A DNA stretch of 64,000 nucleotides. It comes from Candidatus Raskinella chloraquaticus (lineage in GTDB: Bacteria; Pseudomonadota; Alphaproteobacteria; Rhizobiales; UBA4765). A program made the position numbers and the translations under genes. The stretch covers positions 3,330-67,329 of the forward strand of contig DEZK01000012.1 of the NCBI GenBank assembly GCA_002365175.1, given 5' to 3'. Positions within the stretch are counted from its first letter, which is position 1; every line of letters begins with the position of its first letter. Shown here piece after piece: positions 1 through 9,025 of this stretch. The notes under the pieces are model-generated. The model saw only the letters and a program-made list of their open reading frames with translations, was not told the origin of the DNA and did no database searches.

Positions 1-208
1 ACCGCCCATGCCGGGTTGATACGATAAGCCCGGCACGATCTAGCTCCTTGAGGTGGAACGACGCTCCGGTGGGGCTGATCCCGACGGCTGCGGCAATATC
101 CGAAGACGGAACGCCAGATGGCCCTGCCATGACCAAAAGACGGAATATCTTGATGCGATGCTCGTGCGCCAGCGCGCCCAGCATTTCAACGGCGAGATGG
201 TCTTCCAT
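1..208 (-). CDS. ArsR/SmtB-family winged-helix transcriptional regulator. The N-terminal part is present and the C-terminus lies beyond the window start.
   Basis: This ORF is open to the window edge and absent from the supplied track. The ATG at 208-206 (minus) translates MEDHLAVEMLGALAHEHRIKIFRLLVMAGPSGVPSSDIAAAVGISPTGASFHLKELDRAGLIVSTRHGR, a typical ArsR HTH pattern. The supplied ORF 40..243 is a different frame of the same DNA. Confidence 0.75.
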   Translation of the reverse strand, partial: MEDHLAVEMLGALAHEHRIKIFRLLVMAGPSGVPSSDIAAAVGISPTGASFHLKELDRAGLIVSTRHGR

Positions 209-223
209 ACTGCAATAATACAA

Positions 224-249
224 CAATAATTGTAATATTGCAATTATTT
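224..249. promoter_or_regulatory. AT-rich imperfect inverted repeat just upstream of the ArsR-family gene, a candidate autoregulatory operator
   Basis: CAATAATTG (224-232) and CAATTATTT (241-249) match 8/9 as an inverted repeat with an 8-nt spacer. It sits in a local AT-rich patch 16 nt upstream of the ATG. Confidence 0.35.
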
Positions 250-596
250 TGTCACATGGCGAACCTCGGACTCGTTCGCACAGGCAGTCGGGGCGGCGTC
301 GTGGTCAGTCGATCAGGCTTCCTGCACAGTGAACCCGGCTCCGCCTGCTTGGCCCGCCCGGCCTGATCATTCCAGGATCGGCCCCTCAGGCCCGCCGTGA
401 AGGCGGGCGCAACTGTCGCACCCCGATACAGGTCCGGCGCCGATACATGACCTTGCTTCCCAACGCCGTTTGGGTGGATAGATAGAGACAGGGCGTTGGC
501 TGAAAGGAAACGGGCTTGCGCGATAACCGCATGAGGGTTGGTGGCAGGCGGCCTTGGTTTGTAAGGTGCGCCAGTGTCCGCTCGAGCCATCGCTGG

Positions 597-1427
597 ATGC
601 GGCTGTCAATTGCGCTTCAGGCCGCCCTGCTTGCCGCCTCATGCGCGCAATCACCGCTAACGCGTAGCGGTTCGCTGTCGTCTTACGAGGGGCTTGAGCG
701 CAGCGATGGGGTACTCACCCAGACCAAATTCCGCGTCAGCAAGGAACCCGTTCTCGCCGCCCGCACGGTAAACCTCCTGCCGGTGGTGATTTCCGATGCG
801 GCCCGCAGTTCCGGGTTGAGCGCCGAACAATACGCGCTTGTCAGCAACACCATCAATCGGGCGCTGTGCGCGGGCTTGAGCGAGCGCTTCCGCGTGGTGC
901 TGTCATCCGAGCCGGCCGATCTGACGGTCCAGTCATTCGTCACCGCCCTCAGCCCGACCGATGTAGCAGCCGCAGGCGTCTCCAGCATCGCCAGCATTGG
1001 CGGCTCGGTCGCGGGCGCGGTCATCGGCGTGCCGCTGCGCGTTCCCCGCCTGCCGATCGGCCTCGGCGGTCTGTCGGTGGAAGCACAGGCCGTGACGAGC
1101 ACCAAGCGCCAGCTCGCGGCCATGACCTGGGCGCGCGGCGCTGACGTCATCACCACGCGGGCGCGGGCCTCCGAGGAGGCCGACGCCTATGCGCTTGCCG
1201 CCGAGTTCGGCGGGGATTTCTCCTATTTGCTGGTGACGGGCGATGATCCGATCAAGCGCCCCGCTTTGGCGCTTCCCAGTGCAGCGAGCGTTGGTGAATT
1301 CCTCGGCTCTGATCCCAAGGAAGCGCTGTGCGGAACCTTCGGCCGCAATCCCGGCATTTCAGGCGTGCTTGGTGGCATTGTCGGCTTGCCGCCGAGCGCG
1401 ACCGATGCCGGCGCCACCCGGCGATAG
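597..1427 (+). CDS. Exported lipoprotein, DUF3313-like
   Basis: The internal ATG at 597 gives MRLSIALQAALLAASC with a lipobox (LAAS-C). The following SGSLSSYEGLERSDG... resembles the N-terminus of DUF3313 lipoproteins (family recalled from memory). The longer track ORF starting at 516 lacks a signal peptide. Confidence 0.6.
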   Translation: MRLSIALQAALLAASCAQSPLTRSGSLSSYEGLERSDGVLTQTKFRVSKEPVLAARTVNLLPVVISDAARSSGLSAEQYALVSNTINRALCAGLSERFRVVLSSEPADLTVQSFVTALSPTDVAAAGVSSIASIGGSVAGAVIGVPLRVPRLPIGLGGLSVEAQAVTSTKRQLAAMTWARGADVITTRARASEEADAYALAAEFGGDFSYLLVTGDDPIKRPALALPSAASVGEFLGSDPKEALCGTFGRNPGISGVLGGIVGLPPSATDAGATRR

Positions 1428-1736
1428 AGCAGGGTTGGCCGATCAGTTCGCGGATTTTTGATCGCACCGGCGATTTTTATTAACCATGGCAGGCAAAGCA
1501 TTAAACCGCGCTGATACCGCGCCCTGATCGAGTTTAGGCGCACTCTTTCTCGTCAAAACGCTGCGTTTGGAGCGATTCTGGACGGGCTATCCGACCTGTT
1601 TTCATAAAACCGTCGTTTGTTCCCTGACGAAAAAATAGCCCCGATTGCAAAGAGCCGCTTGCTAGCGGCCGGAAGCCGGCCTAATAGCCACAGTCTGGGA
1701 TATGCTAAGCCCAGGCAAGGTCATGAGGAGACTATT

Positions 1737-1949
1737 ATGGCTACAGGTACGGTTAAGTGGTTTAATTCGCAAAAGGGCTTTGGCTTTATTCAGCCCGATG
1801 GCGGTGGACCGGATGTTTTTGTGCATATTTCTGCGGTCGAACGCGCCGGTCTGCCGGGGCTCAATGACGGACAGAAGATTTCATATGAACTTGTTGCGGA
1901 TCGTCGCACGGGCAAATCTGCGGCGGACCAGCTTGTTGCAGTTCGCTAA
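1737..1949 (+). CDS. cspA: Cold-shock protein, CspA family
   Basis: MATGTVKWFNSQKGFGFIQPDGGGPDVFVHISAV carries the RNP1/RNP2 motifs. GAGGAG lies 6 nt upstream of the ATG at 1737. About 300 nt of upstream non-coding DNA is consistent with a long csp leader. Confidence 0.95.
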   Translation: MATGTVKWFNSQKGFGFIQPDGGGPDVFVHISAVERAGLPGLNDGQKISYELVADRRTGKSAADQLVAVR

Positions 1950-2202
1950 TATCTAATCTGACCTTGCCGGCTAAAACTATCTTTCAGGGCTGAGACCAAT
2001 GTCTCGACCCTGGAAGACCTGATATACAAGGCAATCGTCCGCGCGCCGGCTGGCTGAGTTCTGTTCTTTTCGCCAGCCCGCACGCTTCACTTTCATCACG
2101 CAATACCCTGCCGCTGCTCGTCACGAGTGGCGTCAGAGTTGCGCTGAACAAGCGCCACGACACCGTCGTGCGAGGCTCGCAAGCGCCGGGCGCTCTTGAG
2201 AG

Positions 2203-2246
2203 CATGCTGCGGAAAAGTGAAAACCGGTTTTTCCGATAACAGCATG
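2203..2246. repeat. Nested palindromic intergenic element
   Basis: CATGCTG (2203-2209) and CAGCATG (2240-2246) enclose the perfect 12-nt palindrome AAAACCGGTTTT (2220-2231). It resembles short repeated intergenic elements of Bradyrhizobiaceae-like genomes (recollection only). Confidence 0.4.
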
Positions 2247-2298
2247 TGAAAGCCATAAGACAAGAACAGTCTTCGCTGCCGCTTCAGCGCAATCTGCT

Positions 2299-4002
2299 CT
2301 AGCCGATCTCGCCCTTCAGCGAAGCCGCCATCACCATGGCGATGTCCGTGTCCGACAGACCGTAAAGCGCTCTTGCCATGTCTTCCGAAATGTAACCCAG
2401 CGCCAGATCGCGGCGGATGGCGGCTCTGTCGCGGCGTGTCACATCGCCATACCCGGCTCCACCCGGAAAGGCCATGACAACACGTCGGCCGCTCGGCACG
2501 AACTGTTTGCCCTTGCCCTTCATCGCCGTCCCGTCATCACGAACGATGGTGGTGGGCGCGCCTGGCGCTCCGCCGCGACGCCCGCGGGCGGGATGGTGGA
2601 CGCGGTCGAACATCGCCTGAAAATCGAATTCATGTCCCTCGCGCGCGCCGACCTCCATGTATTGGCCAAGGCCGCCGCGAAACTGCCCCGCCCCGCCGCT
2701 GTCGGGGCGTAATTCCTTGCGCCAGATGATGACGGGGCCAACCTGTTCGGTGGCCTCGACCGGCATCGTCATCACGCCTGAAGGAAAGGCGGTCGCCGAC
2801 ATGCCGTCAAGCGTCGGGCGGGCACCGGTCCCGCCGGAATTGAAGGTCAGCACTTCGGCCCGCCCCGCCCCCTCCGCCGCCGGCTGATCGCTGCGCGGGC
2901 GCAGCGAGAGCTGGAAATTGCACAGGCAGCCCGCCCCTTCCGCCGGCACCACTGCGGGCAAAATCTTGTCCAGCGCGTCATAGACCGTATCGGGCACCAT
3001 ATGGCCGATGATGTGGCGCAGCGCGACAGGCGCCGGATGCAGGGCGTTGACGATGGAATGTTCGGGTGCGGTGACATGAAAGGGCGCCAGAGACGCCGTG
3101 TTGTTAGGAATATCCGGCGCAATCGCGCATTTCAGCGCATAGCAGGAATAGGCCTTGGTATAGACCAGAGGGACGTTGATCCCCTTCTTGTCAAGGCCGC
3201 TGGTGCCCTCCCAGTCGCACAACACATGGTCACCGTTGAACGACACCTTGACGGCCAGAAGGATCGGCCTGTCATACCCATCGATCATCATGCTGCCGCT
3301 GGCTTCAGCCCTCGGCAGGGCACCGATGCGCGCCAGCGTCGCTTCACGCGAGTTCGTGAGGATGAATTCGGAAATACCGGTGAGATCAGCCAGCTGGAAT
3401 TCGGTCATCATATCGCTGAGCCGCCGATGGCCGATATCGTTGCAGGTGGCGAGGGCGTAGATGTCGCCGACCAGCTGATCAGGCTCACGCACATTGCCGC
3501 GGATGAGCCGGATGAGCGTCTGATCGACCGCGCCGCGCACCATCAGCTTCATGATCGGGATATAGAGCCCTTCCTCATAGACGGAATTGGCGTCGGCCCC
3601 GAAGCCGCGCCCGCCAATGTCGACGATATGCGCGGTGCAGGCGAAAAACCCCACCAGTCGCCCGTGATGGAACGAGGGTGTGCAGACGGTGATGTCGTGC
3701 AGATGGCCGGTTCCCTCCCAAGGGTCATTGGTGATGTAGACATCGCCCTCATGGATATTGTCCCGGCCGATGCGGCGGATGAAATGCGGCACCGCGTCAG
3801 CCATGGCATTGACGTGGCCGGGCGTTCCGGTGACGGCCTGCGCCAGCATGTCGCCATGCTCGTTGTAGACGCCAGCGGAGAGATCGCCGGCTTCGCGCAC
3901 GCTGGTCGAAAAGGCCGTGCGCACCAGCGCCTGCGCCTGCTCCTCGACGACCGAGATCAGCCGGTTCCACATCACCTGATAGGCGATTGTCGCGAGGCTC
4001 AT
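2299..4002 (-). CDS. Hydantoinase B/oxoprolinase family protein
   Basis: MSLATIAYQVMWNRLISVVEEQAQALVRTAFSTSVREAGDLSAGVY is a typical HyuB N-terminus. The ATG at 4002 lies 5 nt after the upstream gene's stop. The track's longer start (4395) would overlap hyuA by about 390 nt. Confidence 0.9.
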   Translation of the reverse strand: MSLATIAYQVMWNRLISVVEEQAQALVRTAFSTSVREAGDLSAGVYNEHGDMLAQAVTGTPGHVNAMADAVPHFIRRIGRDNIHEGDVYITNDPWEGTGHLHDITVCTPSFHHGRLVGFFACTAHIVDIGGRGFGADANSVYEEGLYIPIMKLMVRGAVDQTLIRLIRGNVREPDQLVGDIYALATCNDIGHRRLSDMMTEFQLADLTGISEFILTNSREATLARIGALPRAEASGSMMIDGYDRPILLAVKVSFNGDHVLCDWEGTSGLDKKGINVPLVYTKAYSCYALKCAIAPDIPNNTASLAPFHVTAPEHSIVNALHPAPVALRHIIGHMVPDTVYDALDKILPAVVPAEGAGCLCNFQLSLRPRSDQPAAEGAGRAEVLTFNSGGTGARPTLDGMSATAFPSGVMTMPVEATEQVGPVIIWRKELRPDSGGAGQFRGGLGQYMEVGAREGHEFDFQAMFDRVHHPARGRRGGAPGAPTTIVRDDGTAMKGKGKQFVPSGRRVVMAFPGGAGYGDVTRRDRAAIRRDLALGYISEDMARALYGLSDTDIAMVMAASLKGEIG

Positions 4003-4006
4003 GGGT

Positions 4007-6091
4007 TCACCCTTCTGTGATGGTGATGTCGATGCAGCCGTCAGCGAGCGCGGTCGCGAAACGGCTTGCCGGTATGATGATGGTCGTTTCATCCTCGGTG
4101 ATGACCGCCGGCCCGGCGATGCGATGACCGGCAGCAAAAGCCGCACGGGAAAACACGCCTGCAGGGCCTGACCGGCCAAGCGCAGCATCAAACAGCGTGC
4201 GCTCATCGCTGCGCGCTGGCGCCCCGCCTGCCCGCACCGCCTCGACCCTGGTGATGCCAGGTGAGGGCGTGGCGGCGTTGACCGACCACACCGTGATCTC
4301 GACATCCATGCCGGCAACGGTACGCCCGAACAGATTCGCATAATCAGCCGTGAAGCGGGCAAGGAACGTCGCAGCATCTGCCGCCTTGACGTCATCTGGC
4401 GTCAGCGTGACCGGTATCTCCCAGCCCTGGCCGGCATAGCGCATATAGACCTTGAATTCAGCCGCGATCCGGGCGGTTGGCGCGCATAGGCGCACGAAGC
4501 GGGTAGCCTCGCTCTCCATCTCGGCAAAGAGCCGGCGGACCATGCCGGCATCGAACGCCGAGAGTTTCATGTAGGCGGTGCGGTTTGCTTCAAAGCTGAA
4601 CGGCGCCCGCAAAAAGCCGATCGCCGATCCAACGCCAGCCCCTGGCGGGACGAGGCAGCGCGAGACGCCGATTTTCTCGCACAGCCGCGCCGCATGGAGC
4701 GGGGCCGCCCCGCCAAAAGCGATCATGGTGTACTGGCTCAGATCCTCGCCATTTTCCACCGCGTGGACGCGGGCGGCATTCGCCATGTTTTCATCCACCA
4801 CTTCAGCAAGGCCGAAGGCAGCCTCCATTGTCGTGAGGGCAAGAGGCTCCCCCAGCACGCTGTCAAGGGCGCGCGCTGCCTGCTCGGGGTGAAGCGTCAT
4901 CGTCCCGCCGGCGAAATGCGCCGCCTCGAGCTTGCCGAGGAGGAGATCGGCATCAGTCACCGCAGGCCGCGTGCCGCCGCGCCCGTAACAGGCTGGCCCG
5001 GGCTCGGAGCCGGCACTTTCCGGCCCGACGCGGATCTGCTTCAGCCCGTCGATATGGGCAAGCGATCCGCCGCCGGCGCCAATCTCCACCATGTCGATCA
5101 CCGGGATCGAGATCGGCATGCCCGACCCCTTCTTGAAGCGGTAGGTGCGTGCCACCTCGAAGACCCGTGCCGTCTTCGGCGTCTGGTTCTTGATGAGGCA
5201 GATTTTCGCCGTCGTGCCGCCCATGTCGAAGGAGAGCACCTTGTCGAGGCCATGGCGCGCGGCGATATCAGCAGCAAACACAGCGCCGCCCGCCGGCCCG
5301 GATTCAACGAGGCGCACCGGGAATGCGGCCGCCGTCGCGATATCGATGATGCCACCACCCGAATGCATGAGAAACACCGGACAATCCGCGCCCTCCGCCC
5401 GCAAACGACCGGCGAGCCGCTCAAGATAGGACGCCATCAACGGTTTGATATAGGCGTTGGCAATCGTCGTGTTGAAGCGCTCATATTCGCGCATCTGGGG
5501 CGATACCTGCGATGACAGCGACACCATGACGCCGGGCAGGCGGGCGGCGAGAACTTCATGGATGAGCCGCTCATGGCTGTCATTCACATAGGCGTGCAGC
5601 AGGCCAACGGCGATGCTCTGGTAGCGCGCCGCGCGCAAGGTGTCGGCAAGGGCCTCGACTTCGGCGCGCGCAAGGGAAATCAGCACCTGGCCGCGCGCAT
5701 CCATGCGCTCGTTCACCACATAGCGACGGTTGCGCGCCAGCAGCGGCTCGGGAAGGGTGAGGTTGAGGTCATATTGCTCGAAGCGGCTTTCGGTCCGCAT
5801 CTCGATCACATCGCGGAACCCTTTGGTGGTGATGAGGGCCGTCCGCGCGCCGCGCCGCTCGATCAGCGCATTGGTCGCCAGCGTCGTGCCGTGGATGATC
5901 TGGCCAATCGATGAGGGCGTGAGGCCGGCCTTGGCGCAGACCATATGCATGCCGGCGATCATCGCCTCCTCGGGGGCTGCATAGGTGGTGAGCACCTTCG
6001 CCGAATAGCGCGCCGTGCCGATCTCCAGGACGACATCGGTAAACGTACCGCCGATATCAACGCCGAGCCGCGCCGTTTTATCCGTCATCAC
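4007..6091 (-). CDS. Hydantoinase A/oxoprolinase family protein
   Basis: The 694-aa product begins MMTDKTARLGVDIGGTFTDVVL (an ASKHA-type GGTFTD motif). It is tightly coupled to the HyuB-like gene downstream. Confidence 0.9.
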   Translation of the reverse strand: MMTDKTARLGVDIGGTFTDVVLEIGTARYSAKVLTTYAAPEEAMIAGMHMVCAKAGLTPSSIGQIIHGTTLATNALIERRGARTALITTKGFRDVIEMRTESRFEQYDLNLTLPEPLLARNRRYVVNERMDARGQVLISLARAEVEALADTLRAARYQSIAVGLLHAYVNDSHERLIHEVLAARLPGVMVSLSSQVSPQMREYERFNTTIANAYIKPLMASYLERLAGRLRAEGADCPVFLMHSGGGIIDIATAAAFPVRLVESGPAGGAVFAADIAARHGLDKVLSFDMGGTTAKICLIKNQTPKTARVFEVARTYRFKKGSGMPISIPVIDMVEIGAGGGSLAHIDGLKQIRVGPESAGSEPGPACYGRGGTRPAVTDADLLLGKLEAAHFAGGTMTLHPEQAARALDSVLGEPLALTTMEAAFGLAEVVDENMANAARVHAVENGEDLSQYTMIAFGGAAPLHAARLCEKIGVSRCLVPPGAGVGSAIGFLRAPFSFEANRTAYMKLSAFDAGMVRRLFAEMESEATRFVRLCAPTARIAAEFKVYMRYAGQGWEIPVTLTPDDVKAADAATFLARFTADYANLFGRTVAGMDVEITVWSVNAATPSPGITRVEAVRAGGAPARSDERTLFDAALGRSGPAGVFSRAAFAAGHRIAGPAVITEDETTIIIPASRFATALADGCIDITITEG

Positions 6092-6226
6092 CCGCTCCTG
6101 CCGCCTGGCGCCCGAACCTAACTATAGCAGCGCCGGTTCTGAAGCGGTAATTTGCGCGATCGCGCGCCAGCGGTGGAGTCGACCTGCCGGCAATCTGCGC
6201 TAGGCTGGTGGCTTGAGGAGCGCATC

Positions 6227-7429
6227 ATGAGTAATCCCCCGCCAGCCAAACGCGCCCGGCGCCAGGCCAATGACAACCCATGGTATGTGCTGGCGACGCT
6301 CCATGGCGAGCAGCCGAGGGGAGCGAAGCCCTTGGATAGTAACCTTCACATCAGAAACCGCCGGACATGGAACCGTTTCATGGCCGGGTTGATCGATGAC
6401 GATGAGCGACAGAGGCTGGCAGGTCTCAAGGATGGCGAGGGCAAGCCCCGCTTTTCGCCTGAGGAATTAAAGCCCTACAGCGACAAGGAAAAGGCCGGTC
6501 TTCTCTTGACGTTCAATGCTCGCCGCAACAAGGCACTTCCTGAAGGCCCTATCGACTTCCGCAATACGGATTTTCTGTGTATTTTTAGCGCCGCAGGCTT
6601 CCTGTTTTCCGACACGGTCAGTTTCAACGGTGCCATTTTTTCTAACTGGGCCACTTTCGAGGGCGCCATTTTTTCTGGCGCGGCCGATTTCGTAGGCGTC
6701 ACCTTTTCTCACTTTTCTCTTTTCTTCGGCGCCACCTTTTCTGACTCGGGCGATTTCGACGGCGTCACCTTTTCTGACGCGGCCAATTTCGCCGGCGTCA
6801 TTTTTTCTAGCCAGGCTCATTTCATCAACACCTCATTCACAGGCAGGACAAGCTTCGCAGACTGCAAGTTCAAAACCGACCCGCCCGATCTGCGCGGTGC
6901 TGATCTCCATGAGGCGAGCGAATGGCATGGCGTCACCTGGCCGCCGATCCCTGAGAACACAGAACAAGCGCAAGCGCATCTCTACGCTTATGAACATCTG
7001 AAGAAGGAGATGGAGCGCCTGAAAAAGCATGAGGACGAGCATGTCTTTTTTACCAGGGAACTCCGATGCCGCGAGGTGATTGCCGGCTTTCCGCGCCATC
7101 TCGTCTCGCGCCTTTATGGCGGACTGAGCGCCTATGGCTGGTCGATCCTGCGCCCGCTTCAGGCCATGCTGGCCCTGTGGGCGGCGGGGCTGATGGTGCT
7201 GTGGCCGCTCGGCGGGCCGGATTACAGCGCGCTTGCCCAGCACACCGCCATGGGGCTCAGCTTCGCCAATCTCTTTGCGCTGCTGCCGCTGCGCAAGGAG
7301 GTGTTCGCCACGACGCTTGAGACCCTGTCGCCGCTGGCGCATGTGGTCAGCGCCGGCCAGATGCTCGCCGGCATCGTCCTCCTTTTCCTGCTGGGTCTGG
7401 CGCTGCGCAATCGCTTCCGCATGAAATAG
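6227..7429 (+). CDS. Pentapeptide-like repeat protein with a C-terminal multi-helix membrane domain
   Basis: The ATG at 6227 is preceded by GAGGAG. The central region is G[AV]xFSxxAxFx repeated about 7 times. The C-terminus has hydrophobic helices (LQAMLALWAAGLMVLWPLG, GLSFANLFALLPL, QMLAGIVLLFLLGLAL). GC content is visibly lower than in the neighbours. Confidence 0.8.
   Translation: MSNPPPAKRARRQANDNPWYVLATLHGEQPRGAKPLDSNLHIRNRRTWNRFMAGLIDDDERQRLAGLKDGEGKPRFSPEELKPYSDKEKAGLLLTFNARRNKALPEGPIDFRNTDFLCIFSAAGFLFSDTVSFNGAIFSNWATFEGAIFSGAADFVGVTFSHFSLFFGATFSDSGDFDGVTFSDAANFAGVIFSSQAHFINTSFTGRTSFADCKFKTDPPDLRGADLHEASEWHGVTWPPIPENTEQAQAHLYAYEHLKKEMERLKKHEDEHVFFTRELRCREVIAGFPRHLVSRLYGGLSAYGWSILRPLQAMLALWAAGLMVLWPLGGPDYSALAQHTAMGLSFANLFALLPLRKEVFATTLETLSPLAHVVSAGQMLAGIVLLFLLGLALRNRFRMK
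6629..6859 (+). repeat. Seven consecutive 33-bp (11-codon) tandem units inside the repeat-protein gene
   Basis: The core GGYGYCAYYTTTTCT recurs at 6629, 6662, 6695, 6728, 6761 and 6794, exactly 33 bp apart. A degenerate seventh unit starts at 6827. Confidence 0.85.
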
Positions 7430-7512
7430 GCGGCGCGGCCGCGCCGATCATCGCCGGCGATTGACAACATAAAACGCCGCGCCGCAGGGTGCGCTCAACC
7501 GGAGGCTCAACC

Positions 7513-9009
7513 ATGACCGCCTATGTCGGCGCCATCGATCAGGGGACGACCAGCACCCGCTTCATGGTTTTCGACCGCAGCGGGCGGGTCATCGCCAGCG
7601 CCCGGAAGGAGCACCGGCAGATCTATCCGCAGCCGAGCCAGGTCGAACATGACGCAGAGGAAATCTGGCGCAACACGAAAACGCTCATCGCCGCTGCCCT
7701 GCGCAAATCTGGCCTGAAAGCGCGCGATCTTGCCGCCATCGGCATCACCAATCAGCGCGAGACGACGATGCTGTGGGACCGCCGCACCGGCCAGCCGCTG
7801 CACAATGCGCTGGTGTGGCAGGATACGCGCACCGATCAGCTGGTGGGGGCACTCGCGGCTGAGGGCGGCAAGGACCGGTTGCGGAAAAAGACCGGCCTGC
7901 CGCTTGCCACCTATTTCTCCGGCCTGAAGCTGCGCTGGCTGCTGGACCATATCCCCGGCGCGCGGGCGCGGGCGCAAGCAGGCGATATCCTCTTTGGCAC
8001 CATCGACAGCTGGCTTGCGTGGAACCTGACAGGCGGCGTTGCGGGCGGGCGCCACATCACGGACGTGACGAATGCCTCGCGCACCCAGATGATGAACCTG
8101 CATACGCTCGCCTGGGATGAAGATATCCTCACCCTCTTCGACATTCCGCGCGCCTGCCTGCCGGTCATCGTGTCATCAAGCGCTCTCCACGGCGAATGCG
8201 CGGGGGCGCTTGCCGGGGTCCCGCTTGCCGGCATGCTGGGTGATCAGCAGGCCGCCCTCTTCGGCCAGGCCTGCCTTGCGCCCGGCACCACCAAGAACAC
8301 CTATGGCACTGGCTGCTTCCTGCTGATGAACACAGGCGAGGCGCCCTCTGTTTCCAGGCACGGCCTGTTGACGACGCTGGCCTACAAGATCGGCGAGGCG
8401 CCGGCCATTTACGCGCTGGAAGGCGCGGTCGCCATCGCCGGCGCGCTCGTGCAATGGCTGCGCGATAATCTGAAACTCATCCATCGCTCCGCCGATATCG
8501 AGGCGCTCGCCGCCTCTGTTGCCGATAATGGCGATGTCTATGTCGTTCCGGCCTTTTCCGGGCTTTATGCGCCGCATTGGCAGGACAGCGCGCGCGGCAT
8601 TATCTGCGGGCTGACGCGCTATGCGACGAGCGCGCACATCGCCCGCGCGGCTCTGGAGGCAACCGCCTATCAGACGCGCGAGGTGATCGACGCCATGGCC
8701 GCCGATTCGCGCGTCGCCATCAGTGAGTTGCGGGTGGATGGCGGCATGGCGGTGAACGGTCTGCTGATGCAGTTCCAGGCCGATATCCTGAACGTGCCGG
8801 TGGTGCGCCCGCACATCATCGAGACGACGGCGCTCGGCGCTGCCTATGCAGCCGGGCTTGCGGTCGGCTACTGGCACTCAGGCGATGACATCATCACCAA
8901 TTGGGGCGTTGGCAAGCGCTTTGACCCGCAGATGGAACCAGCTCGGCGCGATCACCTGCAGCGGCGCTGGACGAAGGCTGTCCAGCGCTCGCTTGACTGG
9001 GTTGACTGA
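7513..9009 (+). CDS. glpK: Glycerol kinase
   Basis: [21 protein letters not shown] and full-length FGGY-kinase similarity. GGAGG lies 8 nt upstream of the ATG at 7513. Confidence 0.95.
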   Translation: MTAYVGAIDQGTTSTRFMVFDRSGRVIASARKEHRQIYPQPSQVEHDAEEIWRNTKTLIAAALRKSGLKARDLAAIGITNQRETTMLWDRRTGQPLHNALVWQDTRTDQLVGALAAEGGKDRLRKKTGLPLATYFSGLKLRWLLDHIPGARARAQAGDILFGTIDSWLAWNLTGGVAGGRHITDVTNASRTQMMNLHTLAWDEDILTLFDIPRACLPVIVSSSALHGECAGALAGVPLAGMLGDQQAALFGQACLAPGTTKNTYGTGCFLLMNTGEAPSVSRHGLLTTLAYKIGEAPAIYALEGAVAIAGALVQWLRDNLKLIHRSADIEALAASVADNGDVYVVPAFSGLYAPHWQDSARGIICGLTRYATSAHIARAALEATAYQTREVIDAMAADSRVAISELRVDGGMAVNGLLMQFQADILNVPVVRPHIIETTALGAAYAAGLAVGYWHSGDDIITNWGVGKRFDPQMEPARRDHLQRRWTKAVQRSLDWVD

Positions 9010-9025
9010 CCACGTCCGGTGGTCA
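9007..9025. terminator. Hairpin between the convergent glpK and tadG-like genes, a possible bidirectional terminator
   Basis: TGACCAC-gtccg-GTGGTCA forms a perfect 7-bp stem. Both stop codons (TGA at 9007-9009 plus strand, TCA at 9023-9025 minus strand) lie within the arms. There is no U-tract. Confidence 0.3.

Noticed and set aside
40-243. Track ORF of 67 aa on the minus strand
   Set aside because: It has no recognisable motif. It shares this DNA with a different minus-strand frame that gives a clean ArsR-type HTH and runs off the window edge.
390-408. Hairpin GCCCGCC-gtgaa-GGCGGGC between the ArsR-family gene and the lipoprotein gene
   Set aside because: It has a perfect 7-bp stem but no U-tract on either strand. 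Neither flanking gene ends near it, so a terminator call is not supported.
3001-4020. 339-aa plus-strand ORF antisense to the hydantoinase B gene. Similar long antisense ORFs occur at 8176-8877, 20855-22036, 46720-47466, 52466-53461 and 59356-60915.
   Set aside because: These are typical GC-rich shadow ORFs. They are rich in Arg/Ala/Gly/Pro, have no domain signatures, and lie fully inside genes with unambiguous homology on the opposite strand.
2299-4395. Extended 698-aa version of the hydantoinase B ORF. Comparable long N-terminal extensions appear in the track for RidA (to 15660), the MFS gene (from 25872), gdhB (from 44413), rsmB (to 54313) and dnaE2 (to 23356).
   Set aside because: The extensions overlap upstream genes, are compositionally odd, and precede internal ATG codons that have good RBS spacing and family-typical N-termini.
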